From a virus (Duplodnaviria > Caudoviricetes), in the IMG/VR virus record IMGVR_UViG_3300035507_000051, positions 34,311-98,310 of that record: a DNA stretch of 64,000 bases; one strand, written 5' to 3'. A program made the translations under genes and the position numbers. This document shows positions 35,942 to 46,589 of the stretch, piece by piece. How positions within the stretch are numbered: the stretch's first letter is position 1; each line of letters starts with the position of its first letter. The notes under the pieces were generated by a model that was not told the origin of the DNA, made no database searches, and was given only the letters and a program-made list of their open reading frames with translations.

Positions 35942-37807
35942 ACCTCCATCAGTAAACTCTGATATTTCCTTACCATGAAGTTTCAGTTTATCTAATACTG
36001 AAGTATCATCCCACGGATTATAGAAATAACAGTTATACAAATTTTGATCTGCGGGCACTTTATAACCTTCTGCTTTATCCCAGTTGTACAATTTTACCGC
36101 AAGATTCTCGCCAGGCACTGCTTCGCTGTTAAATAAGAAAGGCCTTTTCTTATCATGAATAGAGTGAAGTTTATTCTGTTCTTTAATAGTACCTAAAATA
36201 AATGCAAGGAATTCTTTGTATTCCTTATTATTACTTACTTTAAGTCCCAAGAACTGAGCAGCTTCACCATAGCCTAATACACCAATAGTGCTATATAATT
36301 TATTCATATAGATATAGCCCGCATTTGATGCAGCAAGCATACCTCTATCTTCAAGATCATATAGCATAGTTTTATAAGCAATATGATATTTATATACTCT
36401 ATTCAATATACCAATAAAGTATTTTAAGAATCCTTCTTTATCTAAGTCTTCCCAAGATACATCAGCTCCTTTACAATAATCTTGTACTATTCTATTAATA
36501 TTAAGAGTAATAACATTAACAGAACCTGTCATAACACCAGTCATACCTGTAGTAGAACTAAAGGTATTATCTGATATTTCATTGAGCACTCTACAGCAAG
36601 ATGCTAATGATGTAGGATTATCACTATTATAGCAGAAGAAACTACCACCTTTAGCCCATTCTTCAGCAGTTAATTCTTTATACTCTTTATCTATATAATC
36701 ATTTTTGTCATATACAAGAGCATTAGTAGATACTGGGAATGTCAAAGGCTTAATAAGCCTAAGTTCTCTATGAAGTTTCATAAACATTCTTTGCAGAGTG
36801 TCTATAGCCTTCCATTCAGGTTGAGTACCATCAGGATAGTAGTAATCTCCAAATAATGATTTGAAGTACTCCTTATCATAGTATGAAATATTAGTAAATG
36901 GTGAGTTATAACTTCTGTTACCAGCAGGTTGATTTACACCATAAATAAATTGTTTCATACCTTTTCTGATAAAGTAGGATAAAGTATGATTTTCTTTAAG
37001 ACCTACAGTTATAACATCATCTAAATGATTATACCAATCACTACCAAATTCAGCTATAACACAATAATTCAAGGAAATAAAGTAATCACCTAAAGCTACT
37101 GCGCCTTTAACCTGTGATGAAAGAAGGAATACCAAATTAGTTACTTGTCCACTAAATGATTGAATATCATTAGGAGGATTAGGAGTAACACCATCAATAT
37201 TACCTACACCATCAAGTAAAAGTGGGTAAGTAGTAGCAGCCATACAATAAGGCTTTACTACTGGAGATGAAGCTTCATCATGAACATAGATAATATGGTG
37301 ATTTAAATCTTGCTCATACCTTTCAGCTACTTCAGGGAAAAGCTCATTGAGCTTATCCTTCATTCTTTGTCTTTGAATGATTCTATTAGTAGTTTTATAA
37401 ACTTCACCTTCAAGGTTAGCAACATTCTTCATAGAAACATTAGAATTAGCATCAGTTTCTGATGATGAAGCTGCATTGTCAGTAGATTCACTATATTTAT
37501 TCATATAGTCAATCCTGTCTCTAATAAATCTAGCTTGCTTATGCTTTTCTCTATAAAGTATAAAAGCTTTAGCTACAGAGTATGGAGCCATATCCATAAG
37601 GACTCTCTCCACATTATCTTGAATTTCTTCAACTGAAACTACATCAGTATCTTTATCATACTTACTAAGTTCAATCTTTAATTCATGAATTACTTCCTCT
37701 GCTCTAACTCTACTTATACCTTGAGATGCATATGCTTTACTAACAGCAATTGCAATCTTTGAAAAATCAAAGGGTACTGTACTTTTATCACGTTTAATTA
37801 CTTTCAT
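35942..37807 (-). CDS. nrdD: Anaerobic (class III) ribonucleotide reductase, exon 1
   Basis: N-terminal ATP cone (VIKRD..FDFSKI), IYVHD, PYC, TFPV, SCCR and EAVPGE motifs. Confidence 0.93.
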
Positions 37808-38853
37808 AAATTGTTATTTATCCAGTCTATTAAATTATTTGGTGCAGTTTCTGTAATACCATTAGGGTATTTAGGTTTATTAGTTAGATAATCATTAAGG
37901 ACTTCTCCTAAAGCAACAGGATCTTGTAGTACAATATCCTGATTTTTACCTACGTAAAGAGCATCTGTAGCTTTAGTATAAGGAAACTTCCATGATAGTG
38001 GAGCACAACTCTTCCTATTTACTACAATAAACTCATAGTCATTTAAAGTGTAATCTTTAAATATAGGATCTTTATCCATATTATATCTAATAATTCTCCA
38101 ATATAATCTTGCTTGAATGTCGTACTTCCATTCAATAAAGCTTTTAAAGAAATCCCATTCAGGTTTTCCACTAGTTTTAAGATCAATTGGTGTAACTTCT
38201 TTATTAGTATGATCCACTTTGATTAAGTCAGCCATGCATCTAAAATCAATATTATTAAATGTAGCTTTAAATTTCAATTGATATAGATGCTCTTCATCTT
38301 TCCACGGATTACAAGTAAAATACTCTTTAGTAGCATCACTTTCTTTTAATGCACGTACAGCTTTTAGTACATCATTATAAGTTTGTGTGTCAAGAATAGT
38401 TTTATCTTTAGCTAAATAAAGAAGTTTGTAATATTCTGAGCATTTTTCTTTAATGACTTTAGCTCTAGTTTCAGGTCTCCAATTCAGTTGATACCCTTGA
38501 ATTTCAGTTTCTCTAATAATATCTTTATCAGAAATAGCTTCTAGTGTAGTACTAATAGTGCTGTATTTTCCAAATAGTGCTTTTACTATAGCTATTAATG
38601 TACTAGATATACTAGGAAATTCTGCTACTATAAACCTGTCATTAAACTCATCTTCTCCACCAGTAATAATACTATCAACAGCAGAGCCAAAAGTCAAACT
38701 AGGAGTTTCAATTTTATCAAATAGGTGATCTAGCTCATTAAATCCAGTTTTAGCAAATCTAGCTAAAGTAGAATACGACAAAGCTTTATCTGCTCTATAA
38801 GTAGATTCAGGAACATCCCAGCTTATTTCTTTAAATGATTTAATAATACTCAT
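37804..38853 (-). CDS. PD-(D/E)xK exonuclease (RecE/DUF3799-like)
   Basis: LSYS, FGSAVD, RCMADLI, IDLKTS and YDIQARLY; likely start at MSIIKSF. Confidence 0.8.
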   Translation of the reverse strand: MSIIKSFKEISWDVPESTYRADKALSYSTLARFAKTGFNELDHLFDKIETPSLTFGSAVDSIITGGEDEFNDRFIVAEFPSISSTLIAIVKALFGKYSTISTTLEAISDKDIIRETEIQGYQLNWRPETRAKVIKEKCSEYYKLLYLAKDKTILDTQTYNDVLKAVRALKESDATKEYFTCNPWKDEEHLYQLKFKATFNNIDFRCMADLIKVDHTNKEVTPIDLKTSGKPEWDFFKSFIEWKYDIQARLYWRIIRYNMDKDPIFKDYTLNDYEFIVVNRKSCAPLSWKFPYTKATDALYVGKNQDIVLQDPVALGEVLNDYLTNKPKYPNGITETAPNNLIDWINNNL

Positions 38854-39124
38854 AACTTTCTTCATCAAATACATCATCAGGCTCAATCATACCTTTATAT
38901 TCAGTGATTAATCCTGACAGTTCTATAATTCCATCCAGATCTAAGTTTATATATTTTTCATTAGGTTCCTCTTTTTGCTGATTTTCCCTAATTAAATAAA
39001 TATTTGAATTAACTATCTCTAGTAAAGAATTAAAGTCTCTGTTTTTTAAGAACTTCTTACAAAGTTCATAATCTTTAGATGGGAGGAGAGGTAGCATTTT
39101 CTCCATCTTGCTGATTAAGTCCAT
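38840..39124 (-). CDS. Hypothetical protein
   Basis: 94-aa ORF in the operon. Confidence 0.6.
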   Translation of the reverse strand: MDLISKMEKMLPLLPSKDYELCKKFLKNRDFNSLLEIVNSNIYLIRENQQKEEPNEKYINLDLDGIIELSGLITEYKGMIEPDDVFDEESYEYY

Positions 39125-39554
39125 AGTGTTTGATGATTTTTATTGCTTCAAGTAATTGCTTTTGAGTATAAGCCTCAATAAATAAAACTTTAGTATTAAA
39201 GTTCTCTAGTAAATGCCTAAATAACTTTCTTTTTATAGGATATACATCATTCTGTCTACCTTTAGCTTCAATTATGACTAGTAAATCATTATACATAAAT
39301 GTAAAATCTGGTGTATAAGTGATTGGTCTTAGTTTAGTTGAATCTAACTTAAGTAATCTAGTTTTAGTATCCTTAGTATAAAAAGGAACTTTTACTCTTT
39401 TACCAGGAATTAAAGTATAAGTTTTATTCTCATATTGAGGATTAAATCCAGCTTGGGTTAGGATTCTATAGAATCCTAACTCTAGCTTAGACTTAAAGGT
39501 TACGCCTTCATATTCAACTACTTTAGCATTTTTAACCTTCTTATTTTCCATCAA
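39075..39554 (-). CDS. Endonuclease I/DUF1064-like Holliday junction resolvase
   Basis: FKSKLE..YE..ITYTPDF..IIEAKG motifs. Confidence 0.75.
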   Translation of the reverse strand: MMENKKVKNAKVVEYEGVTFKSKLELGFYRILTQAGFNPQYENKTYTLIPGKRVKVPFYTKDTKTRLLKLDSTKLRPITYTPDFTFMYNDLLVIIEAKGRQNDVYPIKRKLFRHLLENFNTKVLFIEAYTQKQLLEAIKIIKHYGLNQQDGENATSPPI

Positions 39555-40060
39555 TGTTTACTTGAAAACATTGCTTTCAGAGGGCCTCTAAGAATTTTAC
39601 ATGCCAATTTAGCATCTTCTAGAGTTCTAAAAGCTGCAAAATTTCTAAAGTTCTTAACTTTGGCCTTATTAATTTCAATAATACGACCATCAAGAGTGGA
39701 GATTACAAATATCCTAGGACTATTTTCAATATGATCCTCGTACTTCTTATCTAGCTCAATAGCTATCTCTTTAAGTACAATAGTGAACGCTGCTGCATTA
39801 TTAATAGCAGAAATACTATTCAACCAACCTGTGGTTTTTTCTAAAGACCAACCTTTCTTAGCAGCTACAAGAGCAATAGGATTAAGTACTTGAGGAATCT
39901 CATCCATAGCTTTTTCTGCAGACTTGCTTACTTTTCTAATTTTAATAGGAATGCTAGGATTCTTAATAAGTATAGATTCCATCATTTCAATAAACTCTCT
40001 AGGAGTAAGTTCAACACATTTTACACACATAGTAAAATTAAATTTAAAATTATGATTCAT
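39551..40060 (-). CDS. Hypothetical protein
   Basis: 169-aa ORF overlapping both neighbours. Confidence 0.65.
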   Translation of the reverse strand: MNHNFKFNFTMCVKCVELTPREFIEMMESILIKNPSIPIKIRKVSKSAEKAMDEIPQVLNPIALVAAKKGWSLEKTTGWLNSISAINNAAAFTIVLKEIAIELDKKYEDHIENSPRIFVISTLDGRIIEINKAKVKNFRNFAAFRTLEDAKLACKILRGPLKAMFSSKH

Positions 40061-40724
40061 GATACCATTCTATTTCAGTATCATACAATTTATGTAGTAT
40101 TTCATTGATCTCTGGAAATACTTTTATTAAAGCACTATCCTTACCCCCACAGTAATAAGGGTTAGGTGCTTGAATAATGTAATTTCCTCTAGATTCAATG
40201 TAGGGTAGTAGAGTTTTAACTTCTGCTCCAAATAAAACATAGATTATTCCAGTTTCTCTATGTGATAATTGAGCTAAAAATGAACTAATAAACCTTCTCC
40301 ATATATTAGTATGAGATCTAGCATATCCAGCATAGCAAGTTAAAGAAGCATTAAGCATTAATATACCTTGACTTGCCCAATCTTCTAAGGTATTATCAAA
40401 GTCTATTTTATTATGGGGCACTCCATAGTTTATGCAAGCTTCTTTAAGATTTGCTAAAGCTGTAGGTATATTAGCTTCACCAACATCAGCCCAAGTACCA
40501 AAGGGAATCCCAGTAGCCATACCCTTTTTTATGTATGGCTCTGGGCCTATCATAACTACTTTACAGTCTTCATAAGGGCAAACTCTAAATGCCCTAAATA
40601 TATCATGAGTGTTAGGGCATATAAAATCTGCTTTTATTTGACTTATTTTATGTAAAGCAGTAGCTAAAAATTCTACATTAATAAATTTATACCAACCTCC
40701 AAAATAATTAGCTGCATTCATCAA
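40050..40724 (-). CDS. Uracil-DNA glycosylase family-1 fold protein with altered catalytic motifs
   Basis: IFRAF..KVVMIGPEPY (canonical GQDPY), WASQGILMLN, SH..W, QAPNPY (canonical HPSP). Confidence 0.8.
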   Translation of the reverse strand: MMNAANYFGGWYKFINVEFLATALHKISQIKADFICPNTHDIFRAFRVCPYEDCKVVMIGPEPYIKKGMATGIPFGTWADVGEANIPTALANLKEACINYGVPHNKIDFDNTLEDWASQGILMLNASLTCYAGYARSHTNIWRRFISSFLAQLSHRETGIIYVLFGAEVKTLLPYIESRGNYIIQAPNPYYCGGKDSALIKVFPEINEILHKLYDTEIEWYHES

Positions 40725-41994
40725 AGAGTATGTCTTCTAAGTAAGTATCTTTACCACAGTAATCCTCATTCCAAGTTTGTAGTATTACTGCAGTTTCTAA
40801 TTTAACTAACTGATCCATAATCCACTGAAAAACATCAGAAGAATTATAGACTGCGCTTAGTATATTCACTAGAGACACTCTATCGCCAATAAATCTACCT
40901 CTAATATCCATCCAGCTAGCATCAGGATGGTGTTTATCCCACATAATAGCATATTTAAGAACTGCATTTAGTATATATAACCAAAGCAAAATCTTATTAA
41001 AGTTATAAGTAGGTCTAAGGAATCTAAATTCTACAGTCTTTGGGCCTTTATAGCATAACATGTTAATAAAGTTAAGACTAGCATATCTAGATTTAATATT
41101 CCACTTAGCTCTTTTTTCTATGTCATTAGGGTGAGGTTGATACAGACTACCTAAATAAGGTATCCCTATTAAGTCATAGTACATATCTTCAAAGTTAGAG
41201 TAGTCTCTGACAAATTTACAGTAGTCTTTACCATTCTTTTTATACTTTGCAGTATTAAAGGTAAATGAAGGAACATACTTATCACAGAGTAACCTCTCTA
41301 CTGCATACCATAATTCATTTAGGATAAATATAACTTTAGGATTTACAGGAAATCCACCTAAATGAATATGCAAAGCACATTCTTTATTAAAGAATGTGTA
41401 CTTTTTAAGGGTTTCTATTTGCTGTTTAAGTAAATTAAGACCTTTATTACCTTTAAGTACTACAGTAGAGTATTCAAGTCCACTAATAGAGCCATCTCTA
41501 AGAGGAATTAAACCATCTCTAAAGCAGATTTCTTGAGGTATGTAGCCCATAGAAGTTTCAAACTCTAATCCAAAAGTAAAATCAAGATAATTTGATAATT
41601 TATATACATCATTATGTAAAACTTCTTGTTTACCTTTAAATAGATCTGCATTATCTGCAGCCTCATAGTTTCTATTAAAACTATAAGGGAATTCTCCTTG
41701 GCCCATTAGATGTATCTCCTTATAAAGAGAATAGTCATCCATGTCCTTAGCTCTAATGTAAGCACCTATTCTATTAGAATACACTAAATCTTTGCAAACT
41801 TCTTTAGAAATTGCTATAGTAGGTTGCATTTTTAGTCTTGCGTCTCTAACACCAACAAGGATATTGTTTTTATAGTCTCTAGGAAAACAGCCATACTCAA
41901 TATACCTGTTATCCATATAAACTATACCTCTTTGTAAATCTTCAGAAGTATTATCCCATGCCCCTGTAGCTTCATTAAAAACTGTAAAACTCAT
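40708..41994 (-). CDS. Putative amidoligase (COOH-NH2 ligase, Amidoligase_2-like)
   Basis: FGLEFET, DGS..GLEY, CALHIHL, RYASLN and KTVEFR motifs. Confidence 0.8.
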   Translation of the reverse strand: MSFTVFNEATGAWDNTSEDLQRGIVYMDNRYIEYGCFPRDYKNNILVGVRDARLKMQPTIAISKEVCKDLVYSNRIGAYIRAKDMDDYSLYKEIHLMGQGEFPYSFNRNYEAADNADLFKGKQEVLHNDVYKLSNYLDFTFGLEFETSMGYIPQEICFRDGLIPLRDGSISGLEYSTVVLKGNKGLNLLKQQIETLKKYTFFNKECALHIHLGGFPVNPKVIFILNELWYAVERLLCDKYVPSFTFNTAKYKKNGKDYCKFVRDYSNFEDMYYDLIGIPYLGSLYQPHPNDIEKRAKWNIKSRYASLNFINMLCYKGPKTVEFRFLRPTYNFNKILLWLYILNAVLKYAIMWDKHHPDASWMDIRGRFIGDRVSLVNILSAVYNSSDVFQWIMDQLVKLETAVILQTWNEDYCGKDTYLEDILFDECS

Positions 41995-43340
41995 TTTGCG
42001 TTAGCTTTATTAATTGCTTCTTTATTTACTACAAAGTCCTTATGCTCAGCAAGCAATTTAAATCCTGCATTATAGGGAACTCCTTCTATAGTATTAATTA
42101 GTTTCCCTTGTTTAATTATTAAAGACTGAGAAGTAAAAGGAATATTAACTACACCATTAAATACTTCTGCCATATGAGGTTTAGTTGCTTTCATCCAATT
42201 GCCCTTACTTCCTATAGTATAAGGCAATGGGCCTAAATAGTGAACTAATTCAGGCAGCATATCCATCAGATAAATAGGAGTGCATTTTAGTTCATTCATA
42301 AAGTCTATTAAATAGTAATAGCACTGAGCATTATATAATAGAACTCCTCTCCAGAACCAACATTGCACTGCACCACCTTTACCAGACCAAGTGACATCAC
42401 CTAATTTATTCAGGTAATAGCTACCATGACATTTTTGGCCATTAATAGAATAAGTACCATCGTCATCATACTCAACAGCATCAGTGAAATACTGAGTATC
42501 CCATGCAGCATCCCAGAATTCATCTTTTCCAAAGTATAAATTACTCGCAGAATTGATATAAGTCTGTCCTCCTTTATATACAGTATATGCTGCAGGTTTA
42601 GATTGATAGCATTTAGAGCGATCATACTTTTCTATAATGTAAAGTTCTCCATCCTTTAATTCACATAAAGCATTAGAAATTACAGTAAGAGCTTCTCTAT
42701 TAGGTCTAAGAGCTTCTAAGTAAGTATATAGAGAAGAGAATATAAATTCTCCTTTGCTATAACTTACAAATAAAGGCCGTTCTGCAGAAGGCTTGTCACT
42801 ATTAGAAGTTAATTTAGATTCGCCTTTAAAAAACATTATTGTAGGAGTTTTAGTTCTATAGTCTACTATTACAAAGACTCCTGCTCCCATATACTCTCCT
42901 AATGCATCATATCCTTTATGATAGAATATTCTAGCCATGACTTGAGAATCAGTCATACCCTTAATATCTATATCAGGAATATATTTAGCAGCAAGTTCTT
43001 CGTAATTATTAATAGTACCATTATGCATAAGTACAAACTTAATGTCATTTCCTTCTTTAATAACTACAGGTTGAGCATTAGCTTCATTTACTGCTCCAAC
43101 AGAAGCTTTTCTACAATGTCCTAGTGCTATAGTAGCATGAGTAGTTTGTGCAAGAAGTTTACTGTCTTTCCAGAAATTAGTGTATAACTTCTTTTTATCT
43201 ACACCATATTCTACTTTACCATCAATGAAGATACCACAAGAATCTCCACCTCTAGAATCATTTTCAATGCCTAAAACATTAAATGTTGCTTTATCTAATT
43301 TCTTAGGCTTAGGAGTAATTATACCAAAAATTCCACACAT
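41991..43340 (-). CDS. Class II (Ntn) glutamine amidotransferase
   Basis: MCGIFG N-terminal Cys, RGGDSCG, GHCRKAS, NAQP, HNGTI and TDS motifs. Confidence 0.88.
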   Translation of the reverse strand: MCGIFGIITPKPKKLDKATFNVLGIENDSRGGDSCGIFIDGKVEYGVDKKKLYTNFWKDSKLLAQTTHATIALGHCRKASVGAVNEANAQPVVIKEGNDIKFVLMHNGTINNYEELAAKYIPDIDIKGMTDSQVMARIFYHKGYDALGEYMGAGVFVIVDYRTKTPTIMFFKGESKLTSNSDKPSAERPLFVSYSKGEFIFSSLYTYLEALRPNREALTVISNALCELKDGELYIIEKYDRSKCYQSKPAAYTVYKGGQTYINSASNLYFGKDEFWDAAWDTQYFTDAVEYDDDGTYSINGQKCHGSYYLNKLGDVTWSGKGGAVQCWFWRGVLLYNAQCYYYLIDFMNELKCTPIYLMDMLPELVHYLGPLPYTIGSKGNWMKATKPHMAEVFNGVVNIPFTSQSLIIKQGKLINTIEGVPYNAGFKLLAEHKDFVVNKEAINKANAK

Positions 43341-43342
43341 AA

Positions 43343-44134
43343 TTAAATAATACCGTAATCATTACAAATTTTCTTTGCTAAAGTAGCATCACTATTGTTA
43401 ATTGCTTTAATAACCATTTCTTCAGGGGGTAAAGAAAGATCTTCTTCATAAGCATCAATTGCTTTCATTACTCCTTTCCAAATCCATTTAAGCAATTCAT
43501 CTTTGCTAAGGAAGTAGCTAGAAAGTACTCTATATTCTAATCCATAAGGAGTTAATCTAAAGCAACCTGCTTTACCATAAAGAGATCTTCTTTTAGTATC
43601 ATTATCTTTTAACACTGAAGGAAGACCTAAGAACATGTCTAGATACTTAATTAGCATTAGTGAGGTGTCTACATTATTGTTTTCATAACCTATATGAATA
43701 TGAAAACCCGCACTTCTAAGATTAGTAGATTCACCTTTAGGCTTAGGATTAGCACTTTGAGTATAAGCATTATAGTCTACACTACAGCCAAAGAGTTTAG
43801 CTTTATCACTTTGCAGTTGATCTTCATCTACTGTCATAGAGGCTTTACACAAAATACCTAAATCAGGATTCTTTGCTTGTACAAATTTCCTAATATAATC
43901 TTTCATGTAATTAATACATTTTACAAAATCCTGTTCTGATTTTACTGGCGGAATATTAAATTCTGCTAGAATATTATCAATCTCAAGCCCAAAACCTTTA
44001 GGCATGTCTGCAGATCTATAAGGATTTCCTTTTTCACCAGGGATTAAACCAATTGAAGATACTACTTTATTAGTCTTGGTGTTGATAATAAAGAGCTCAG
44101 GATCAGCTCCTACAGTAAGATTTCTAATTGTCAT
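43343..44134 (-). CDS. phiEco32-type COOH-NH2 ligase
   Basis: VGADPE, DNILAEFN, FGC..DYNAY, RSAGFHIH, RR.LYGKAG.FR and YGLEYRVLS motifs. Confidence 0.85.
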   Translation of the reverse strand: MTIRNLTVGADPELFIINTKTNKVVSSIGLIPGEKGNPYRSADMPKGFGLEIDNILAEFNIPPVKSEQDFVKCINYMKDYIRKFVQAKNPDLGILCKASMTVDEDQLQSDKAKLFGCSVDYNAYTQSANPKPKGESTNLRSAGFHIHIGYENNNVDTSLMLIKYLDMFLGLPSVLKDNDTKRRSLYGKAGCFRLTPYGLEYRVLSSYFLSKDELLKWIWKGVMKAIDAYEEDLSLPPEEMVIKAINNSDATLAKKICNDYGII

Positions 44135-44772
44135 TTCTTTATTTCTTGTAATAAGTTATTAATCAAATCATTAAGCATAGCAATAACAGGTGCTTCTTTT
44201 CTCATGTATTCAGGATGGCCTTGAATAGCAAGTGCTTGGGGTTTACCCTTTACATGATAATGTACAATTTCAGGTTCACCATAAGCATACATATTACCAG
44301 CATCAATACCATCTCCTTCCCAGTAACTATTACTTAAATTATTATGAGATTTGTAAAGCACAGTATAGTCATTACTAGAAAGATCATAAGGGTACTGCAT
44401 CTGATGGTGAGTTGATGTAATCTCATAAATAAACTCACCATTAGAGATAGGATGAGTACCTGCTATTGCATGACCTTTGCAGTCTTGTACAAGTTTACCT
44501 CCATTCATTACACAAAGAAATTGAGAACCTCTACAAATACCTAAAGCAAGTTGATTAGGTTTAATCTTATTGTATTGCCCTTTTTCATACTTGTCTCTCA
44601 TAGGGCTATTATAAGTGGATCTATGAGGTTTAGCTTTATACAATGATGGAGTGACATCTTCACCACCAGTGAACAACACAATATCTGCTTTTTTAATGTC
44701 ATCAACTAATTCAGCACCTTCTATAAAAGAGGCATATACGGTGTCACCACCTACTACGTATACTTTTTTCAT
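44131..44772 (-). CDS. Class I glutamine amidotransferase (peptidase C26-like)
   Basis: GGEDV.P.LY, GICRGSQ, HHQ and QGHPE (Cys-His-Glu triad). Confidence 0.88.
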   Translation of the reverse strand: MKKVYVVGGDTVYASFIEGAELVDDIKKADIVLFTGGEDVTPSLYKAKPHRSTYNSPMRDKYEKGQYNKIKPNQLALGICRGSQFLCVMNGGKLVQDCKGHAIAGTHPISNGEFIYEITSTHHQMQYPYDLSSNDYTVLYKSHNNLSNSYWEGDGIDAGNMYAYGEPEIVHYHVKGKPQALAIQGHPEYMRKEAPVIAMLNDLINNLLQEIKK

Positions 44773-45548
44773 TAGTAAATATTGCTTTTTAAAATCTTGT
44801 AATTGTATTTATAATAATCTAATCGCTCTTGATAATCTTTATCTGATTTCCAGAAATCTAAATCAACAATCTGCATTACATCAGTTATGGATTTAAATGG
44901 GCTATTATCTCTAGTATCTCTTTCTATATATGCAAATATATAATTAAGGGAATTTTGTTTACCATCTATGGCATATTTATTTAATGCCTTTTTAAGCTCT
45001 TTATTAGTTTTTAATTTTTTAAAAGTAGAAGTAGAACCTATAGCATGGATATTTACACCATAGCCATAGTATTTACATGTAGCTCCTACTATATTGAATA
45101 AGTTTATAGCAGATACCCATTTAAATTCAGGTTCTCTAGTAAGTCTAGCTACATCAAGTAAATAGACATTAAAAGGAAATTCATAAAGGTATCTTACCCA
45201 AGTTAAGATATATTTATGATAGAATAAATGAGCTTTTACATGAAGTTTAAGAATAAATATATCTTTTTTTTCTGCAAGTCTGTAGTTAAAATTAACTACC
45301 TTTTTAAGAGCTCTAAGATGTGCAACTATACCTTTTCTATCAGTAAGAATTGCATTATTTTTCTTTTCTACTATTACTGGTTTGCCATACTTAAAAAGAT
45401 GAATAGTGTATGTATTATTGTGCACTATGTCACTTCTATGAAATATGTCACCAAAACAATAGTAATGCTGTTTAGGTAAAGGTACTTTACAATCTCCTGT
45501 AGATGAGTATTTTGTATAGTAATTTAGAAAATTAAATACCTTGTTCAT
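44772..45548 (-). CDS. Hypothetical protein within the amidoligase cluster
   Basis: 258-aa ORF overlapping both neighbours. Confidence 0.7.
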   Translation of the reverse strand: MNKVFNFLNYYTKYSSTGDCKVPLPKQHYYCFGDIFHRSDIVHNNTYTIHLFKYGKPVIVEKKNNAILTDRKGIVAHLRALKKVVNFNYRLAEKKDIFILKLHVKAHLFYHKYILTWVRYLYEFPFNVYLLDVARLTREPEFKWVSAINLFNIVGATCKYYGYGVNIHAIGSTSTFKKLKTNKELKKALNKYAIDGKQNSLNYIFAYIERDTRDNSPFKSITDVMQIVDLDFWKSDKDYQERLDYYKYNYKILKSNIY

Positions 45549-46311
45549 TTATCATCTTGATTAAAATATTCTTGTATTTTTGAATTCCTTCTTCTCCTAA
45601 AGCAGGGGCACTATTACTTTCAAGAATAATGTATTTAGGACTCTTATGATTAGAACTTTGTACTTTAACATCAAATGCTGCTATATCTAGTCCAATAGCT
45701 TTTAATGCATCCATACAACTAGCCACTATGTCATCCCAATTTGTAGGCCTATCAAATAAGTCACTATCTTTTAATGCCCATATGCAGTTATCAGCATGTC
45801 TATGCCATCTAACTTCTGCATCATTTTTTAGCATTTTCCTACAAGCATAAAAGCAACCTTCTCTAGTTACATGAATTCTATATTCTCTAGTGTATGTATA
45901 GAATTTTTCAAATACATATTCTTCTAAATTATGTGTTTTAGACCATTCAATAATTTCTTCTTCATTATTAAATAGGTAAATGCCATAACCTTTACTAGAA
46001 TTGTATTTCTTAGCTATTACTGACTTATACTGCCTCTTAAACTCTAAAATTTCATCTAATTTATTACTAGTAATCCATTCAGCAGTAGGTATATTAGATA
46101 AACTAAATACCTTTTTCATAGTCCGCTTATCTTCAGATATTAAACATCCCTGAATACTATTAATAACTATAGGATTGGGATCTTTGGTAATCTTAGATGT
46201 TAAAGTAGTGCTTCCTAATCTAAGTATAGTAGTTCTAGGTACCTCTATTTCTCTAAGAGGAGCACATGAAACATTCCTAGACCTAACTATTAAGAATTTT
46301 TTCTTTTCCAT
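45532..46311 (-). CDS. ATP-grasp ligase (RimK/glutathione synthetase-like)
   Basis: DK..M, K..SSKGYGI, EKF..REYRIHV, AAFDV and ILESNSAP motifs. Confidence 0.82.
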   Translation of the reverse strand: MEKKKFLIVRSRNVSCAPLREIEVPRTTILRLGSTTLTSKITKDPNPIVINSIQGCLISEDKRTMKKVFSLSNIPTAEWITSNKLDEILEFKRQYKSVIAKKYNSSKGYGIYLFNNEEEIIEWSKTHNLEEYVFEKFYTYTREYRIHVTREGCFYACRKMLKNDAEVRWHRHADNCIWALKDSDLFDRPTNWDDIVASCMDALKAIGLDIAAFDVKVQSSNHKSPKYIILESNSAPALGEEGIQKYKNILIKMINEQGI

Positions 46312-46323
46312 ATGAAGCTAGTT

Positions 46324-46352
46324 AATGGGTGATAGTAAAACTACCACCCATT
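46324..46352. promoter_or_regulatory. Intergenic hairpin ahead of the amidoligase cluster
   Basis: AATGGGTGGTAGT-TTT-ACTATCACCCATT on the minus strand, with no clear U-tract. Confidence 0.45.
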
Positions 46353-46358
46353 TTAATA

Positions 46359-46571
46359 TTACAGATTTTTAAGAGCGGTATATACCATCTTAGCTAATTC
46401 TTCATGAGGTTTCATGAAATACTTCTGAAGGTCATTAGGATAATGTTTGTAGAGAATTTTAGCAATTTCTCTTAGTTCTTTGTAAGTAAGTAAAGAACAT
46501 TTGTTTGCAGAAAGATTAACAAACTGGGGGAATCTGTTAATCAGCTTAGTGAAAAGTTTACCAAATTTCAT
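46359..46571 (-). CDS. Hypothetical protein
   Basis: 70-aa ORF. Confidence 0.6.
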   Translation of the reverse strand: MKFGKLFTKLINRFPQFVNLSANKCSLLTYKELREIAKILYKHYPNDLQKYFMKPHEELAKMVYTALKNL

Positions 46572-46589
46572 TGTTTTGGATATTAGTAG

